64,000 nucleotides of DNA from an uncultured Oceanospirillaceae bacterium (lineage in GTDB: Bacteria > Pseudomonadota > Gammaproteobacteria > Pseudomonadales > Balneatricaceae), in contig CAXHZX010000001.1 in the NCBI GenBank assembly GCA_964022265.1, positions 22,244 through 86,243 of the forward strand, in the 5' to 3' direction. Shown here in pieces: positions 19,221 through 29,427 of the stretch. The notes beneath the pieces were generated by a model. It ran no database searches. It was not told where the DNA came from and saw only the letters and a program-made list of their open reading frames with translations. A program made the translations under genes and the position numbers. Positions within the stretch are counted from its first letter, which is position 1. Every line of letters starts with the position of its first letter.

Positions 19221-20609
19221 TTAACAGTTGGTGACATTAACTGCTAGACCACCACGGGAGGTTTCTTTGTATTTATCCTGCATATCCGCACCCGTTTCAC
19301 GCATGGTCTTGATCACGTCATCTAATGATACCAGATGTTCGCCATCTCCACGCATTGCCATGTGTGCTGCATTGATGGCCTTTATTGCGCCCATTGCATT
19401 GCGCTCGATACAAGGCACCTGCACTAACCCTGCAATAGGGTCACAAGTCAGACCTAAATTATGCTCCATACCTATTTCTGCAGCATTTTCTACTTGCTCT
19501 GGGGTACCGCCAATCACTTCTGCTAAACCTGCAGCTGCCATAGCGCACGCGCTACCCACTTCACCCTGGCACCCTACTTCAGCGCCCGAAATTGAAGCGT
19601 TAAGTTTGCATAAAATACCCACCGCAGCAGCCGCTAAAATAAAATCAACAACACCTTGATCACTGGCTGCGGGATAAAAATTATCATAATAGTGCAACAC
19701 GGCTGGAATAATACCCGCTGCGCCGTTAGTGGGCGCAGTCACTATACGGCCACCTGCAGCATTTTCTTCATTTACGGCCATGGCATAAAGGTTCACCCAG
19801 TCCATAGCAGATAACTGCGGCGTAATGACTTTAACCGAACCTAGATGATTGAGTTTTTCATAAAGCTGCGCTGCCCTGCGTTTTACATTCAGGCCTCCTG
19901 GCAAAGTACCGCCAGTATGACAACCGTTGTAGACACAATCTTTCATCACCTGCCAAAGATGAAGAATGTCACTTCTCACTTCTTCTTCCGTGCGCCAGGT
20001 TTTTTCGTTTTCCATCATCAATGCACTCACACTTAAGCCTTGAGTTTTACACTGCCTCAAGAGTTCTGCGCTGGTGGAAAATGGATAAGGAATTTGTGGT
20101 TGGTCCTCATCAAAAGGATGCTCATCAGCTTTAGCCGCTTCTTCATCAACAATAAAACCACCACCAATGGAGTAATAAGATCGCTCTAACAAAATCTGCG
20201 CATTTTCATCATAGGCGCTCATCGTCATTCCATTAGGGTGATAAGGCAATGATTCTTCGAGGTTTAAAATGATGTCTCGATGTTTTAGAAACTCAATATG
20301 GCGTTCTTTATTAAGTGGTAATGCGCCATTTTTTTCAATTTCATCAAGCATCGGCTTAACTTTAAGAGGCTCTATCGTGTCAGGGGTCTCACCTAGAAAA
20401 CCCAAAATAACCGCAATATCACTGGCATGGCCTTTACCGGTGGCTCCTAAAGAACCAAATAATTCACCTTTTACCCGTGAAACTTTTTCTAACTTGCCCT
20501 GTGATTTGAGTTCTAAAGTAAAAGCCAATGCAGCCCGCATCGGGCCAACCGTGTGGGAACTGGAGGGGCCAATGCCTACCTTCAATAGGTCAAATACGCT
20601 TAAACTCAT
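19221..20609 (-). CDS. sdaA: L-serine ammonia-lyase (Fe-S dependent, single polypeptide)
   Basis: [22 protein letters not shown]-terminus; about 460 aa. ATG 20609 has AGGGA 7 nt upstream and is preferred to the TTG at 20633. Confidence 0.92.
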   Translation of the reverse strand: MSLSVFDLLKVGIGPSSSHTVGPMRAALAFTLELKSQGKLEKVSRVKGELFGSLGATGKGHASDIAVILGFLGETPDTIEPLKVKPMLDEIEKNGALPLNKERHIEFLKHRDIILNLEESLPYHPNGMTMSAYDENAQILLERSYYSIGGGFIVDEEAAKADEHPFDEDQPQIPYPFSTSAELLRQCKTQGLSVSALMMENEKTWRTEEEVRSDILHLWQVMKDCVYNGCHTGGTLPGGLNVKRRAAQLYEKLNHLGSVKVITPQLSAMDWVNLYAMAVNEENAAGGRIVTAPTNGAAGIIPAVLHYYDNFYPAASDQGVVDFILAAAAVGILCKLNASISGAEVGCQGEVGSACAMAAAGLAEVIGGTPEQVENAAEIGMEHNLGLTCDPIAGLVQVPCIERNAMGAIKAINAAHMAMRGDGEHLVSLDDVIKTMRETGADMQDKYKETSRGGLAVNVTNC

Positions 20610-20839
20610 AATAAATTCCCTTTTTCTGGCCAATCCAGTGGGTTAACGATAAAGCAGAGACTATCCCCCAATATCATCAAACCCATCATCCTAAGTGCGA
20701 CATAGAAATAGCTGGTGTGCACTGAAAACTTAGATTATAGCTAACAAGCCTTATTTTCTATGCCTAATCCATAGCTTGCACCCATGCCATTAATTCTTCA
20801 CTATGTAGCCACTATGGAATTTTAAAGACCGTAAGCCCA

Positions 20840-21604
20840 ATGACATTACCGACATCACCTAGCTTTAGCTTAATAGGTAAAACCGCCCTAGTGACAGGAG
20901 CATCATCAGGTATTGGGGCGGCATGTGCTGTCGCTCTGGCACGCGCAGGCGCTAGAGTGACCTTAGCCGCAAGACGCATTGAACAACTCAATAACTTAGT
21001 GGATGAGCTCCTTGCAGAAGGCTTAGAGGCTAATGCATTGCTCATGGATGTGGCGCAAGTAGAGCAAACCCAGGCTTTAGTTGAACAACACGGTCCCTTT
21101 GATGTGCTGGTAAACTCAGCCGGACTTGCCCGCCATGGCAAAGCAATTGAGACCCAGCCTGAAGATTTTGATGCAGTGATGAATATCAACCTAAAGGGCG
21201 CCTACTTTTTAACCCAATCGGTTGCAAAAGGCTTACTCAAACATAACCGCCCAGGTAGTTTAATTAACATTTCAAGCCAAATGGCACATATTGGAGGCCA
21301 AGAGCGAGCCGTATATTGTGCTTCAAAACACGCCTTAGAGGGGTTCACTAAAACTATGGCCATAGAATGGGGTAAAAAGGGTATTCGAGTGAATACCATT
21401 TGCCCAACCTTTATTCTCACAGAATTAACTGCCTCAACCTTTGCCGATCCAGACAAGCGCCAGTGGATTGATAGCAAAATTAAATTAGATCGAGTGGGCA
21501 ATGTACAAGACATTATGGGCGCAGCGCTGTACTTAGCCTGTGATGCCTCTTCATTAGTCACAGGCACAGCGCTCATGGTTGATGGTGGCTGGACTGCAGG
21601 ATAA
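20840..21604 (+). CDS. SDR family oxidoreductase
   Basis: TGASSGIG cofactor motif, NSAG, and the catalytic S...YCASK. Substrate unknown. Confidence 0.85.
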   Translation: MTLPTSPSFSLIGKTALVTGASSGIGAACAVALARAGARVTLAARRIEQLNNLVDELLAEGLEANALLMDVAQVEQTQALVEQHGPFDVLVNSAGLARHGKAIETQPEDFDAVMNINLKGAYFLTQSVAKGLLKHNRPGSLINISSQMAHIGGQERAVYCASKHALEGFTKTMAIEWGKKGIRVNTICPTFILTELTASTFADPDKRQWIDSKIKLDRVGNVQDIMGAALYLACDASSLVTGTALMVDGGWTAG

Positions 21605-21643
21605 CAGCCAGCCTTAACAGATTTAAGTTTAAAGTTTGATTCG

Positions 21644-22240
21644 TTAACCCAAATGTAAATATTCGGCAGTGCCCTCGAGCAGCATTTGCACCGCCATAAT
21701 GATCAGTACCATGCCCATCAACCGCTCGATGGCCACTAAACCTCGCTCTCCCAAAATGACATACAGGCGTTTTGAAGCCAGTAAAATAACAGCTGACACA
21801 AGCCATGCCGCTGTGACCGCTAACCAGAGTTCTAGCCACTGGCCTTCCGCTGATTTTCGCATCAGCATAATCATCGCCAAAGCCGATGGGCCTGCCATTA
21901 AAGGGATCGCCAAAGGCACAATGAAAGGCTCGCCCTCTGGCGTTTTGCCAAGCAAGCCATGTTCTTGCGGGAACACCATTTTGATGGCAATCAAAAATAA
22001 AACAATACCACCACCAATCCGAATCGCCTCTTGAGACACTTGCAAGAAAGACAAAATGTAAGGGCCCAGCAGCAAGAACAATAACAACACAAGGTAGGCA
22101 ATTAACAATTCGCGACGCAGTACTTTGCTGCGCCTGTGTTCTGGAACTTGTTTTAGCACCGACAAAAATAACGGAATGTTTCCAAGTGGATCCATCACTA
22201 AGAAAAGTAAGGTCGCAGCGGCAAAGATATCCATAAACAC
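21644..22240 (-). CDS. MarC family (UPF0056) integral membrane protein
   Basis: 198 aa, about six hydrophobic segments; N-terminal FLVMDPLGNIPLF is typical of the family. Confidence 0.75.
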   Translation of the reverse strand: MFMDIFAAATLLFLVMDPLGNIPLFLSVLKQVPEHRRSKVLRRELLIAYLVLLLFLLLGPYILSFLQVSQEAIRIGGGIVLFLIAIKMVFPQEHGLLGKTPEGEPFIVPLAIPLMAGPSALAMIMLMRKSAEGQWLELWLAVTAAWLVSAVILLASKRLYVILGERGLVAIERLMGMVLIIMAVQMLLEGTAEYLHLG

Positions 22241-22426
22241 CTCAAAAGTAGTCTAAAATAATCGGATGATGCACCCTAATTGGCTGGCGATTCTCTCACA
22301 CACGTTAGAGTGGGTACAAGAAATAAAACCACTACAAAGTTGGCATATCACTATTTAAATATGGGTTTTACATAGATAGGCTGATACGCAATAGGACAAC
22401 CAAAAAGGTTTAATTTAGGTCGCTTC

Positions 22427-22441
22427 TGGCACTATCATGGC
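22427..22441 (+). promoter_or_regulatory. candidate sigma-54 (-24/-12) element upstream of gdhB
   Basis: TGGCAC-tatca-TGGC. The GG and GC dinucleotides have canonical spacing, with one mismatch to TTGC. It lies about 65 nt upstream of the gdhB ATG. Confidence 0.3.
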
Positions 22442-22507
22442 CGCGGGGATTCTTTAATAATAGCCAAAGTTACATTCACCCCATTCATTGAATGAAGGAA
22501 AGATTGC

Positions 22508-25500
22508 ATGCCCTCTTTATCGGATCAAAAAGACTCTTCCATTGCACTTGTGAGTGATTGTATTCAGAAGCGATACCAAGGTGAGGATGCAAAGCTTTTG
22601 CAACAATTCTCAGCCCTGTATTTTGCTGAGGGTATTGCGGCTGAATTACTGAAGCTTTCTAGCGACCAATTGTATGGCGCTATTCATAGTTTATGGAACA
22701 CCGTTAAGTTTCGAACACCCAATGCAGTTAATGTGCGTGCTTATAACCCAAGCCTTGAAGATGATCACTGGCATACAAGCCATACCGTGATTGATGTAGT
22801 GTGCGATGACAAAGCGTTTTTGGTGTCTTCTATAACCAACTGCCTAACCCATTTAGGCCACACTATTCACATGACCACCCACCCTGTTGTGGCCATCGAA
22901 CGAGCACAAAAAGGCAAAGTGATTAACATTTCTCCCTTTACTGGTAAGGCAGAATCAGAACACCTAGAAGCAGTGATGCGCTTTGAAATTGACCAAGTCA
23001 CAGGCGCTCATGAACTCAATAAAATAGCCACCGCAATAGAATCAGTGATTCAAGATGTGGGTTTAGCCGTGCAAGATTGGAGCGCAATGCGCCACAAGCT
23101 TGTAGCTATTATTGACTCTATGGCGAACAAAAATGCTGCCCTACCAAACGAAATTTTGAATGAACAGATTGCCTTTTTGCAATGGCTAGCAAATAACCAT
23201 TTCACCTTTATTGGTTATCGAGTGTATGCCCTTTCAAAGGATGCAGACACAAATGCGTATGTATTGACCCCAAAAAAGGGCTCAGGTTTGGGTACCTTGC
23301 GTGATGAAAACTGTCACCCCCATAGTCTAAAACCCATCATTCTTTCGGAGCAGATCGCCGCTTTGGCACTTAACCAAGACCCACTGGTGATGACAAAATC
23401 TGCGTATCGCTCAAGTGTGCATCGCCCAGTCAATTTTGATTACTTGGGCTTAAAGCAGTTTAATGAGTCTGGCCAAGTGATTGGCGAAGAAAGGTTTTAT
23501 GGCCTCTACTCTTCAGCTGCATACACTGCGCGTATTGATGAGATACCCTTACTAAGGCGCAAAGCATCAGCTATACGCAGCCATATCGAGCAATTGCCCA
23601 ATAGCCACAAGGGCAAAGCATTGCAACATGTGCTTAATAGCTATCCGCGAGATGAAATGTTGCAAGCTAGCGTAGAAGAGCTCTACCCTATTATTCAAGG
23701 TGTATTACAAACCCAAGAGCGCCATCAATTACGTTTATTTATGCGCTTTGATGCCTACGAAAAATTTGCCACCGCACTTGTTTATGTGCCAAGGGAGAAA
23801 TTTAATACCGATTTAAGAATCAAAATGCAGCAGATTCTTATGCAGGAGTTAGATGCCCTGAGTGTGGATTTTAATGTCATGTTTTCCGAACAGCCCATGG
23901 CAAGAGTGCAGCTTACGGTGCACGGCAACCAGATTAACCATACAGACTTTGATCAACAAGGTGTGCAAGCGCAAATGGAAGCGGCCATGCTGTCTTGGAA
24001 CGACCATTTACACCAAGCGCTAAATGATCAATACGGTGAAGAAAAAGGTAAGCAGCTATTAACGCAATATAACCATGCCTTTCCTCTGGCTTATCAAGAA
24101 CGTTTTTCGGCGCAAATTGCAGTGGTGGATCTTGCCAGCTTACAAAAAATTGATACGCATTACCCATTAATCACTCACTTATACCAACCCGATGATAAAT
24201 GCGAAGGCAAGCTTGCCTTTAAAGTGTTGGGGTATGGCAAAGCTAAGGCGCTATCACAAGTGCTGCCTATACTTGAGCGCATGGGGGTCACTGTTATTAA
24301 TGCTCACCCCTATGCCATTACAACTAAGCTAGGCATCCAACATTGGATCATTGATTTTGATATCGAAGTGAACCATCAAGTGGATCCTAACAACGCCAAC
24401 TTGAAAGAAAGGTTCCAAAACGCCTTTAACCAAGTTTACCTAGGCACCGTTAACAATGATCGTTTTAATAGCTTAGTGTTAACCGCTAATCTGACTTGGC
24501 AGCAAGCGGTGCTAATGAGAGCAATCAATGCGTATCTGCAGCAAATTCAGGTGCCATTTAGCCAAACCTACATACAATCTGCGCTCATCCAAAATGCAAA
24601 TATCACGCAATTATTAGTCCAACTTTTTGAAGCAAGATTTGACCCTAATACGCAAAATAGGGGCTCGCTCACCAAAGCAACACATCAAGCCATCAATAAG
24701 GCCTTGGATGAAGTGAGCAATTTGGATGAAGATCGAATTTTGAAATATTTCTTAGCCTTGATTATGGCCATGTTGCGCACTAATTATTACCAACATGACG
24801 AAAACGGCCATCGTTTAAAATACCTAGCTTACAAAATTGACCCAAGCCTAGTGCCAGGTGTACCTCTGCCCTTGCCGCAATACGAAGTTTTCGTTTACTC
24901 CACGTGGGTTGAAGGCGTGCATTTAAGAGGTGGAAAAGTCGCCAGAGGCGGATTGCGCTGGTCAGACCGAAAAGAAGATTATCGCACCGAAGTGTTAGGT
25001 CTGGTCAAAGCGCAAATGGTTAAGAATGCCGTCATCGTACCCGTAGGCGCAAAGGGCGGGTTTGTTTGTAAAGCCCTGCCAGATACCGATAGCCGTGAAG
25101 AATTGATGAACGCGGTGAAACATAGTTACTCAACCTTTATTCAAGCGTTATTGGATATAACAGATAACATTGTTGATAAAGCCATAGCGCCTCCTCAAAA
25201 TCTAGTGCGTTATGATGATGACGATCCTTATCTAGTTGTTGCTGCAGATAAAGGCACTGCAACATTTTCTGACTTAGCCAATTCCATCTCAGAAAAAAAT
25301 TCATTTTGGCTAGGCGATGCCTTTGCTTCAGGCGGAGCAAATGGGTATGACCACAAAAAAATGGGCATTACTGCAAGAGGCGCTTGGGAGTCGGTTAAGC
25401 GTTTATTTTTAGAGCAGGGCCGCGATTGCCAAAGCCAAGATATAAGCGTTGTTGGTGTAGGAGACATGGCGGGTGACGTATTTGGTAATGGCATGCTGTT

Positions 25501-27313
25501 GTCAAAACACATTTGTTTGCAAGCCGCGTTCAACCATTTGCACATTTTTATAGATCCAAACCCAGATGCAGCGAGCTCTTTTAAGGAACGAGAGCGCTTA
25601 TTTGCAATGCCAAGATCCAGTTGGCAAGACTATAACCAGAACCTAATCTCCAAAGGCGGTGGTATTTATGATCGCTTTGCAAAATCCATTACGCTCACCC
25701 AAGAAATACAAAAGATGTTAGGGACATCTTTAGAAAAAATGACTCCTAATGAGTTAATCCATTGTTTGCTAAAAATGCCTGTAGACCTATTTTGGAACGG
25801 AGGCATTGGAACTTATGTAAAGGCCTCTACAGAAAACCATGTCGATGTTGGTGACCCAGCCAATGATTCATTGCGAGTCAATGGCTGCGAACTTGGTGCT
25901 AAGGTTGTGGGTGAAGGCGGCAATTTAGGCTTCTCTCAATTAGGGCGCATAGAGTTTTCAAGGGCAGGTGGATTTATCAACACAGACGCCATTGATAACT
26001 CAGGCGGTGTGGATAGTTCAGACCATGAAGTCAACATCAAAATACTGCTAAGCCAATTGGTCGATGCCAAGCATATGAGCCTTAGCCAACGTAATAAATT
26101 ACTAGCCAGCATGACCGATGAAGTGGGCGAGCTGGTGATCAAACACAACTTCCATCAGTCGTTGGTGTTAAGTATTGCGCTTGGTCAAGCCAGCGAATGT
26201 TTGAGCGACCATAAACGTCTTATTCACAGCCTTGAGCAACAAGGCCGCTTAAATCGAGCCATAGAGGGTCTTCCAAGCGATGCCAGCATTGATGAACTGG
26301 CCCGCAGCCAAAGTGGTTTAACAAGGCCTGAGCTGGCTGTATTACTGGCTTACAGTAAGATGTACTTATTTGACGAACTGATGGCCTCTAATATCGGCGA
26401 TGACCCCTATTTAGCGGATAGTTTAAAAGCCTATTTCCCAAAAAAGTTGAGCCAAGACTACCCGCAAGCCATGGCATCACACCCACTTCGCAATGAGATA
26501 ATAGCCACCCACCTCACTAACAAAATTGGTAATCGAATGGGCGCTACATTTGGCAATTATGCAAAGGATGAAGTGGGTGCTTGTGCCTCCGATATGGCAC
26601 GAGCTTTTACTGGCGCTTGCGACATTTTGCAAACTAAAGGGCTCTGGACAGACCTAGACAAAGTGACCTTAAACTTGCCCTACTCCAATTTTTTGGCCAT
26701 TCACGAAAGGATTCAACTATTGCTTGAGAGTGTGACTTTGTGGCTGCTAAGTCACCATCAAGGCGAATCTATTCAAACGATGGTCGACCTTTATAAACAG
26801 CCACTTGCGCAATACACTTCTCAATTAAGCAGGCTAGTCACAGAGAATATGGGGCAAAAGATGCATGCACAAGCCACACAGTTTCTCGCCTATGGGTTCA
26901 TGGCAGAATCTAGCTTACGCTTAAGCCAATTAGAATTGCTCTATCATGGCTTAGACATCGCTAGAATTGCTGCCCAATGCGAAACTGACGTTATTTCAGC
27001 GGCAAAAATATGGTACGCTTTACACCATAAGTTACAAGGCCACTGGCTTAACCAAGCCATCGCTAAGTTACCAAGCCAAGACCCATGGCAGCGTAAGGCC
27101 AAAGCAAGCCTGAAACATGAATTTGAAAACAGTTTGGCACAATTGACCCAAACCTTAATTAATCATGATCAAAGCCAGCTAGAAGTATTCGTTAACCAAG
27201 ATAAATTTAAGCATTGCCTGGGCATTGTTGGTGAAATTCAAACCAATACCAACGTGAATTTGGCAATGTTATCGGTAGCCGTTAACGAAATCACTAAGCT
27301 GAATGCGAATTAA
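22508..27313 (+). CDS. gdhB: NAD-specific glutamate dehydrogenase, large (about 180 kDa) class
   Basis: 1601-aa ORF. Its size and central catalytic core (RGGLRWSDR..., PVGAKGGF, GDMAGDVFGNGML) match the GdhB-type giant GDH family. Confidence 0.9.
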   Translation: MPSLSDQKDSSIALVSDCIQKRYQGEDAKLLQQFSALYFAEGIAAELLKLSSDQLYGAIHSLWNTVKFRTPNAVNVRAYNPSLEDDHWHTSHTVIDVVCDDKAFLVSSITNCLTHLGHTIHMTTHPVVAIERAQKGKVINISPFTGKAESEHLEAVMRFEIDQVTGAHELNKIATAIESVIQDVGLAVQDWSAMRHKLVAIIDSMANKNAALPNEILNEQIAFLQWLANNHFTFIGYRVYALSKDADTNAYVLTPKKGSGLGTLRDENCHPHSLKPIILSEQIAALALNQDPLVMTKSAYRSSVHRPVNFDYLGLKQFNESGQVIGEERFYGLYSSAAYTARIDEIPLLRRKASAIRSHIEQLPNSHKGKALQHVLNSYPRDEMLQASVEELYPIIQGVLQTQERHQLRLFMRFDAYEKFATALVYVPREKFNTDLRIKMQQILMQELDALSVDFNVMFSEQPMARVQLTVHGNQINHTDFDQQGVQAQMEAAMLSWNDHLHQALNDQYGEEKGKQLLTQYNHAFPLAYQERFSAQIAVVDLASLQKIDTHYPLITHLYQPDDKCEGKLAFKVLGYGKAKALSQVLPILERMGVTVINAHPYAITTKLGIQHWIIDFDIEVNHQVDPNNANLKERFQNAFNQVYLGTVNNDRFNSLVLTANLTWQQAVLMRAINAYLQQIQVPFSQTYIQSALIQNANITQLLVQLFEARFDPNTQNRGSLTKATHQAINKALDEVSNLDEDRILKYFLALIMAMLRTNYYQHDENGHRLKYLAYKIDPSLVPGVPLPLPQYEVFVYSTWVEGVHLRGGKVARGGLRWSDRKEDYRTEVLGLVKAQMVKNAVIVPVGAKGGFVCKALPDTDSREELMNAVKHSYSTFIQALLDITDNIVDKAIAPPQNLVRYDDDDPYLVVAADKGTATFSDLANSISEKNSFWLGDAFASGGANGYDHKKMGITARGAWESVKRLFLEQGRDCQSQDISVVGVGDMAGDVFGNGMLLSKHICLQAAFNHLHIFIDPNPDAASSFKERERLFAMPRSSWQDYNQNLISKGGGIYDRFAKSITLTQEIQKMLGTSLEKMTPNELIHCLLKMPVDLFWNGGIGTYVKASTENHVDVGDPANDSLRVNGCELGAKVVGEGGNLGFSQLGRIEFSRAGGFINTDAIDNSGGVDSSDHEVNIKILLSQLVDAKHMSLSQRNKLLASMTDEVGELVIKHNFHQSLVLSIALGQASECLSDHKRLIHSLEQQGRLNRAIEGLPSDASIDELARSQSGLTRPELAVLLAYSKMYLFDELMASNIGDDPYLADSLKAYFPKKLSQDYPQAMASHPLRNEIIATHLTNKIGNRMGATFGNYAKDEVGACASDMARAFTGACDILQTKGLWTDLDKVTLNLPYSNFLAIHERIQLLLESVTLWLLSHHQGESIQTMVDLYKQPLAQYTSQLSRLVTENMGQKMHAQATQFLAYGFMAESSLRLSQLELLYHGLDIARIAAQCETDVISAAKIWYALHHKLQGHWLNQAIAKLPSQDPWQRKAKASLKHEFENSLAQLTQTLINHDQSQLEVFVNQDKFKHCLGIVGEIQTNTNVNLAMLSVAVNEITKLNAN

Positions 27314-27369
27314 ACGCCCGTGGGTGAGGCCTGAAACAGTTTTCATTTTTAGAAGGATTAGGATTTAGT

Positions 27370-28584
27370 ATGACCAGCACCCCAATAGAGCGTTCCCAGT
27401 TTGACGACGTTATGGTTCCAAACTATGCGCCAGTGCCTGTGATTCCTGTGCGTGGCAGTGGCTCAAGACTATGGGATCAAGACAATAATGAGTATGTCGA
27501 TTTTGCTGGTGGTATTGCCGTCACAAGCGTTGGGCATAGCCACCCTAAACTTGTGGCGACCTTGAAAGAACAAGGCGAAAAGCTTTGGCACATTTCAAAT
27601 GTGATGACCAATGAGCCTGCGATTCGGTTGGCCAAGAAGCTGACCGATGCCACATTTGCAGAAAAAGTTTTTTTTGCTAATTCAGGCGCAGAAGCAAATG
27701 AAGCTGCGTTTAAATTGGCCAGGCGTTATTCGGTGGACCATTATGGTGAACAAAAACATGAAATCATTGCATTTCATAATGGCTTTCACGGCCGTACTTT
27801 ATTCACCGTAAGCGTTGGCGGCCAGGCCAAATACAGCCAAGACTTTGGCCCCGCAATTGAGGGGATTACCCACTTACCATATAACGACATTGCAGCTTTA
27901 GAAGCAGCTGTGTCTGATAAAACCTGCGCTATTATTATGGAGCCTCTACAAGGTGAGGGTGGCATCATTGAGGGCAATCCAGCGTTTATCAAGCGCGCAC
28001 GTGAACTGTGTGATCAGCACAATGCACTATTAGTGATGGATGAGGTTCAAACTGGCGCTGGGCGCTTAGGCACGCTCTATGGTTATCAGCAAACTGATAT
28101 TGTGCCCGACATCCTTACCACCGCAAAAGGGATCGGTAACGGTTTTCCAGTAGCTGCAATGCTGACCACCACAAGTATTGCTAAGAGCCTAGCGGTAGGC
28201 ACGCACGGCAGCACCTACGGCGGAAATCCACTGGCTTGCGCCATTGCGGAAGCCGTTGTGGACATCGTCAATTCCAAAGAAGTATTGGATCAGGTACAAG
28301 AAAAATCTAAGCGCTTTAAAGAGGGTTTGGCTGCCATCAATGCACGTAAACCTTTTTGCAAAGAGATTAGAGGTAAGGGTTTACTTTTAGGCTGTGCCCT
28401 TAGCGATGAATTAAAAGATCGAGCAGGTGAGTTTCTACAAGCCGCTCAGCGCAGAGGGCTATTAGTGCTTGTGGCTGGGCCCAATGTCATTCGTTTGGCA
28501 CCTTCGCTACTAATACCTGATGCCGATATCGATGCAGGTTTGGCCATCTTAGAAGCAGCCATTGCAGATGTGTTAGCAGGCTAA
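27370..28584 (+). CDS. argD: acetylornithine / succinylornithine aminotransferase (class III PLP)
   Basis: [23 protein letters not shown] and [11 protein letters not shown] (PLP lysine). The ArgD versus AstC/AruC role cannot be separated by eye. Confidence 0.85.
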   Translation: MTSTPIERSQFDDVMVPNYAPVPVIPVRGSGSRLWDQDNNEYVDFAGGIAVTSVGHSHPKLVATLKEQGEKLWHISNVMTNEPAIRLAKKLTDATFAEKVFFANSGAEANEAAFKLARRYSVDHYGEQKHEIIAFHNGFHGRTLFTVSVGGQAKYSQDFGPAIEGITHLPYNDIAALEAAVSDKTCAIIMEPLQGEGGIIEGNPAFIKRARELCDQHNALLVMDEVQTGAGRLGTLYGYQQTDIVPDILTTAKGIGNGFPVAAMLTTTSIAKSLAVGTHGSTYGGNPLACAIAEAVVDIVNSKEVLDQVQEKSKRFKEGLAAINARKPFCKEIRGKGLLLGCALSDELKDRAGEFLQAAQRRGLLVLVAGPNVIRLAPSLLIPDADIDAGLAILEAAIADVLAG

Positions 28585-28606
28585 AAACAGCACTACAGAT
28601 GCTCTT

Positions 28607-29296
28607 TTAAGGCTTTTTGGTGATTAGCCCATAGAAAACTTGGCCTGCTTTTTTGCTGCGATGCAAAGCCCATCCTTCAGGCAATACAAGTTGCGTGAGA
28701 GGCTGAGCTTGCTCCAGGTACACAGCTGCATTTGCGGCTAGGCACTTGCTCTCAAACAAAGCATCAAGCGTATCTTGCATCAAGGCCAATGCAAAAGGTG
28801 GGTCTAACAACACCAAATCATAAGTTTTAATGCCGGCTTGGTGTGAGCGACTCGTTTGGCTTCTTATCCAATCAAAGCTACTCATTTGGGCAACGTTAAC
28901 GCTTTGAGTACCCTCAAGAGGTAAAGCCTTTAAGTTCTCCTTCAATGTGCTAGCAGCAATTCCAGATAACTCTACAAAATCTACATTTGAAGCTCCACGA
29001 GAAAGTGCTTCAAGACCCAGCGCGCCTGTGCCCGCATACAAATCTAAACAATTCGCACCCAAGACGCGATCAGCTACCCAGTTATACAAAGTTTCTCGGA
29101 CCCGGTCTTGGGTTGGCCTAAGTCCTGCTACGGTTGCAAACGGGATTTTTCTACCGCGCCATCCACCGGCAATAATGCGTAGGCTTTTGCGCCCAGCTTG
29201 GCCTATCTCCGTCACTTTTGATGGGGAGGGCTTATTAGTTTTGGACAATTTGCCAAAACTTTTACGGGTAGAGTTTGAAAACGGTTTTCGAGCCAT
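28607..29296 (-). CDS. rsmD: 16S rRNA (guanine966-N2)-methyltransferase RsmD
   Basis: LRIIAGGWRGRKI, the DLYAGTGALGLEALSRGA SAM motif, and LLDPPF. Divergent from ftsY, as in E. coli. The start is uncertain (ATG 29296 or GTG 29215). Confidence 0.85.
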   Translation of the reverse strand: MARKPFSNSTRKSFGKLSKTNKPSPSKVTEIGQAGRKSLRIIAGGWRGRKIPFATVAGLRPTQDRVRETLYNWVADRVLGANCLDLYAGTGALGLEALSRGASNVDFVELSGIAASTLKENLKALPLEGTQSVNVAQMSSFDWIRSQTSRSHQAGIKTYDLVLLDPPFALALMQDTLDALFESKCLAANAAVYLEQAQPLTQLVLPEGWALHRSKKAGQVFYGLITKKP

Positions 29297-29427
29297 GCAA
29301 GTTGAGTGATCTGATAATTAGATCTACCATTCTAAGCCAAACGCCACATAAAAGAAGCATACGTTTGCAAAAGCTATGCTAAAATTTGGCTTCAAACTTT
29401 CGCACACATCGAGACAGACCCATCATC

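Noticed and set aside
19228-21576. Long antisense ORFs (19228-19659, 20269-20646, 20812-21189, 21202-21576; also 6143-6514, 4502-4822, 59617-60018)
   Set aside because: Each lies entirely opposite a strongly supported conserved gene (sdaA, SDR, pyrB, yqgE, yibQ), has a low-complexity Ser/Ala/Pro/Cys-rich composition, and has no SD. These are typical shadow ORFs.
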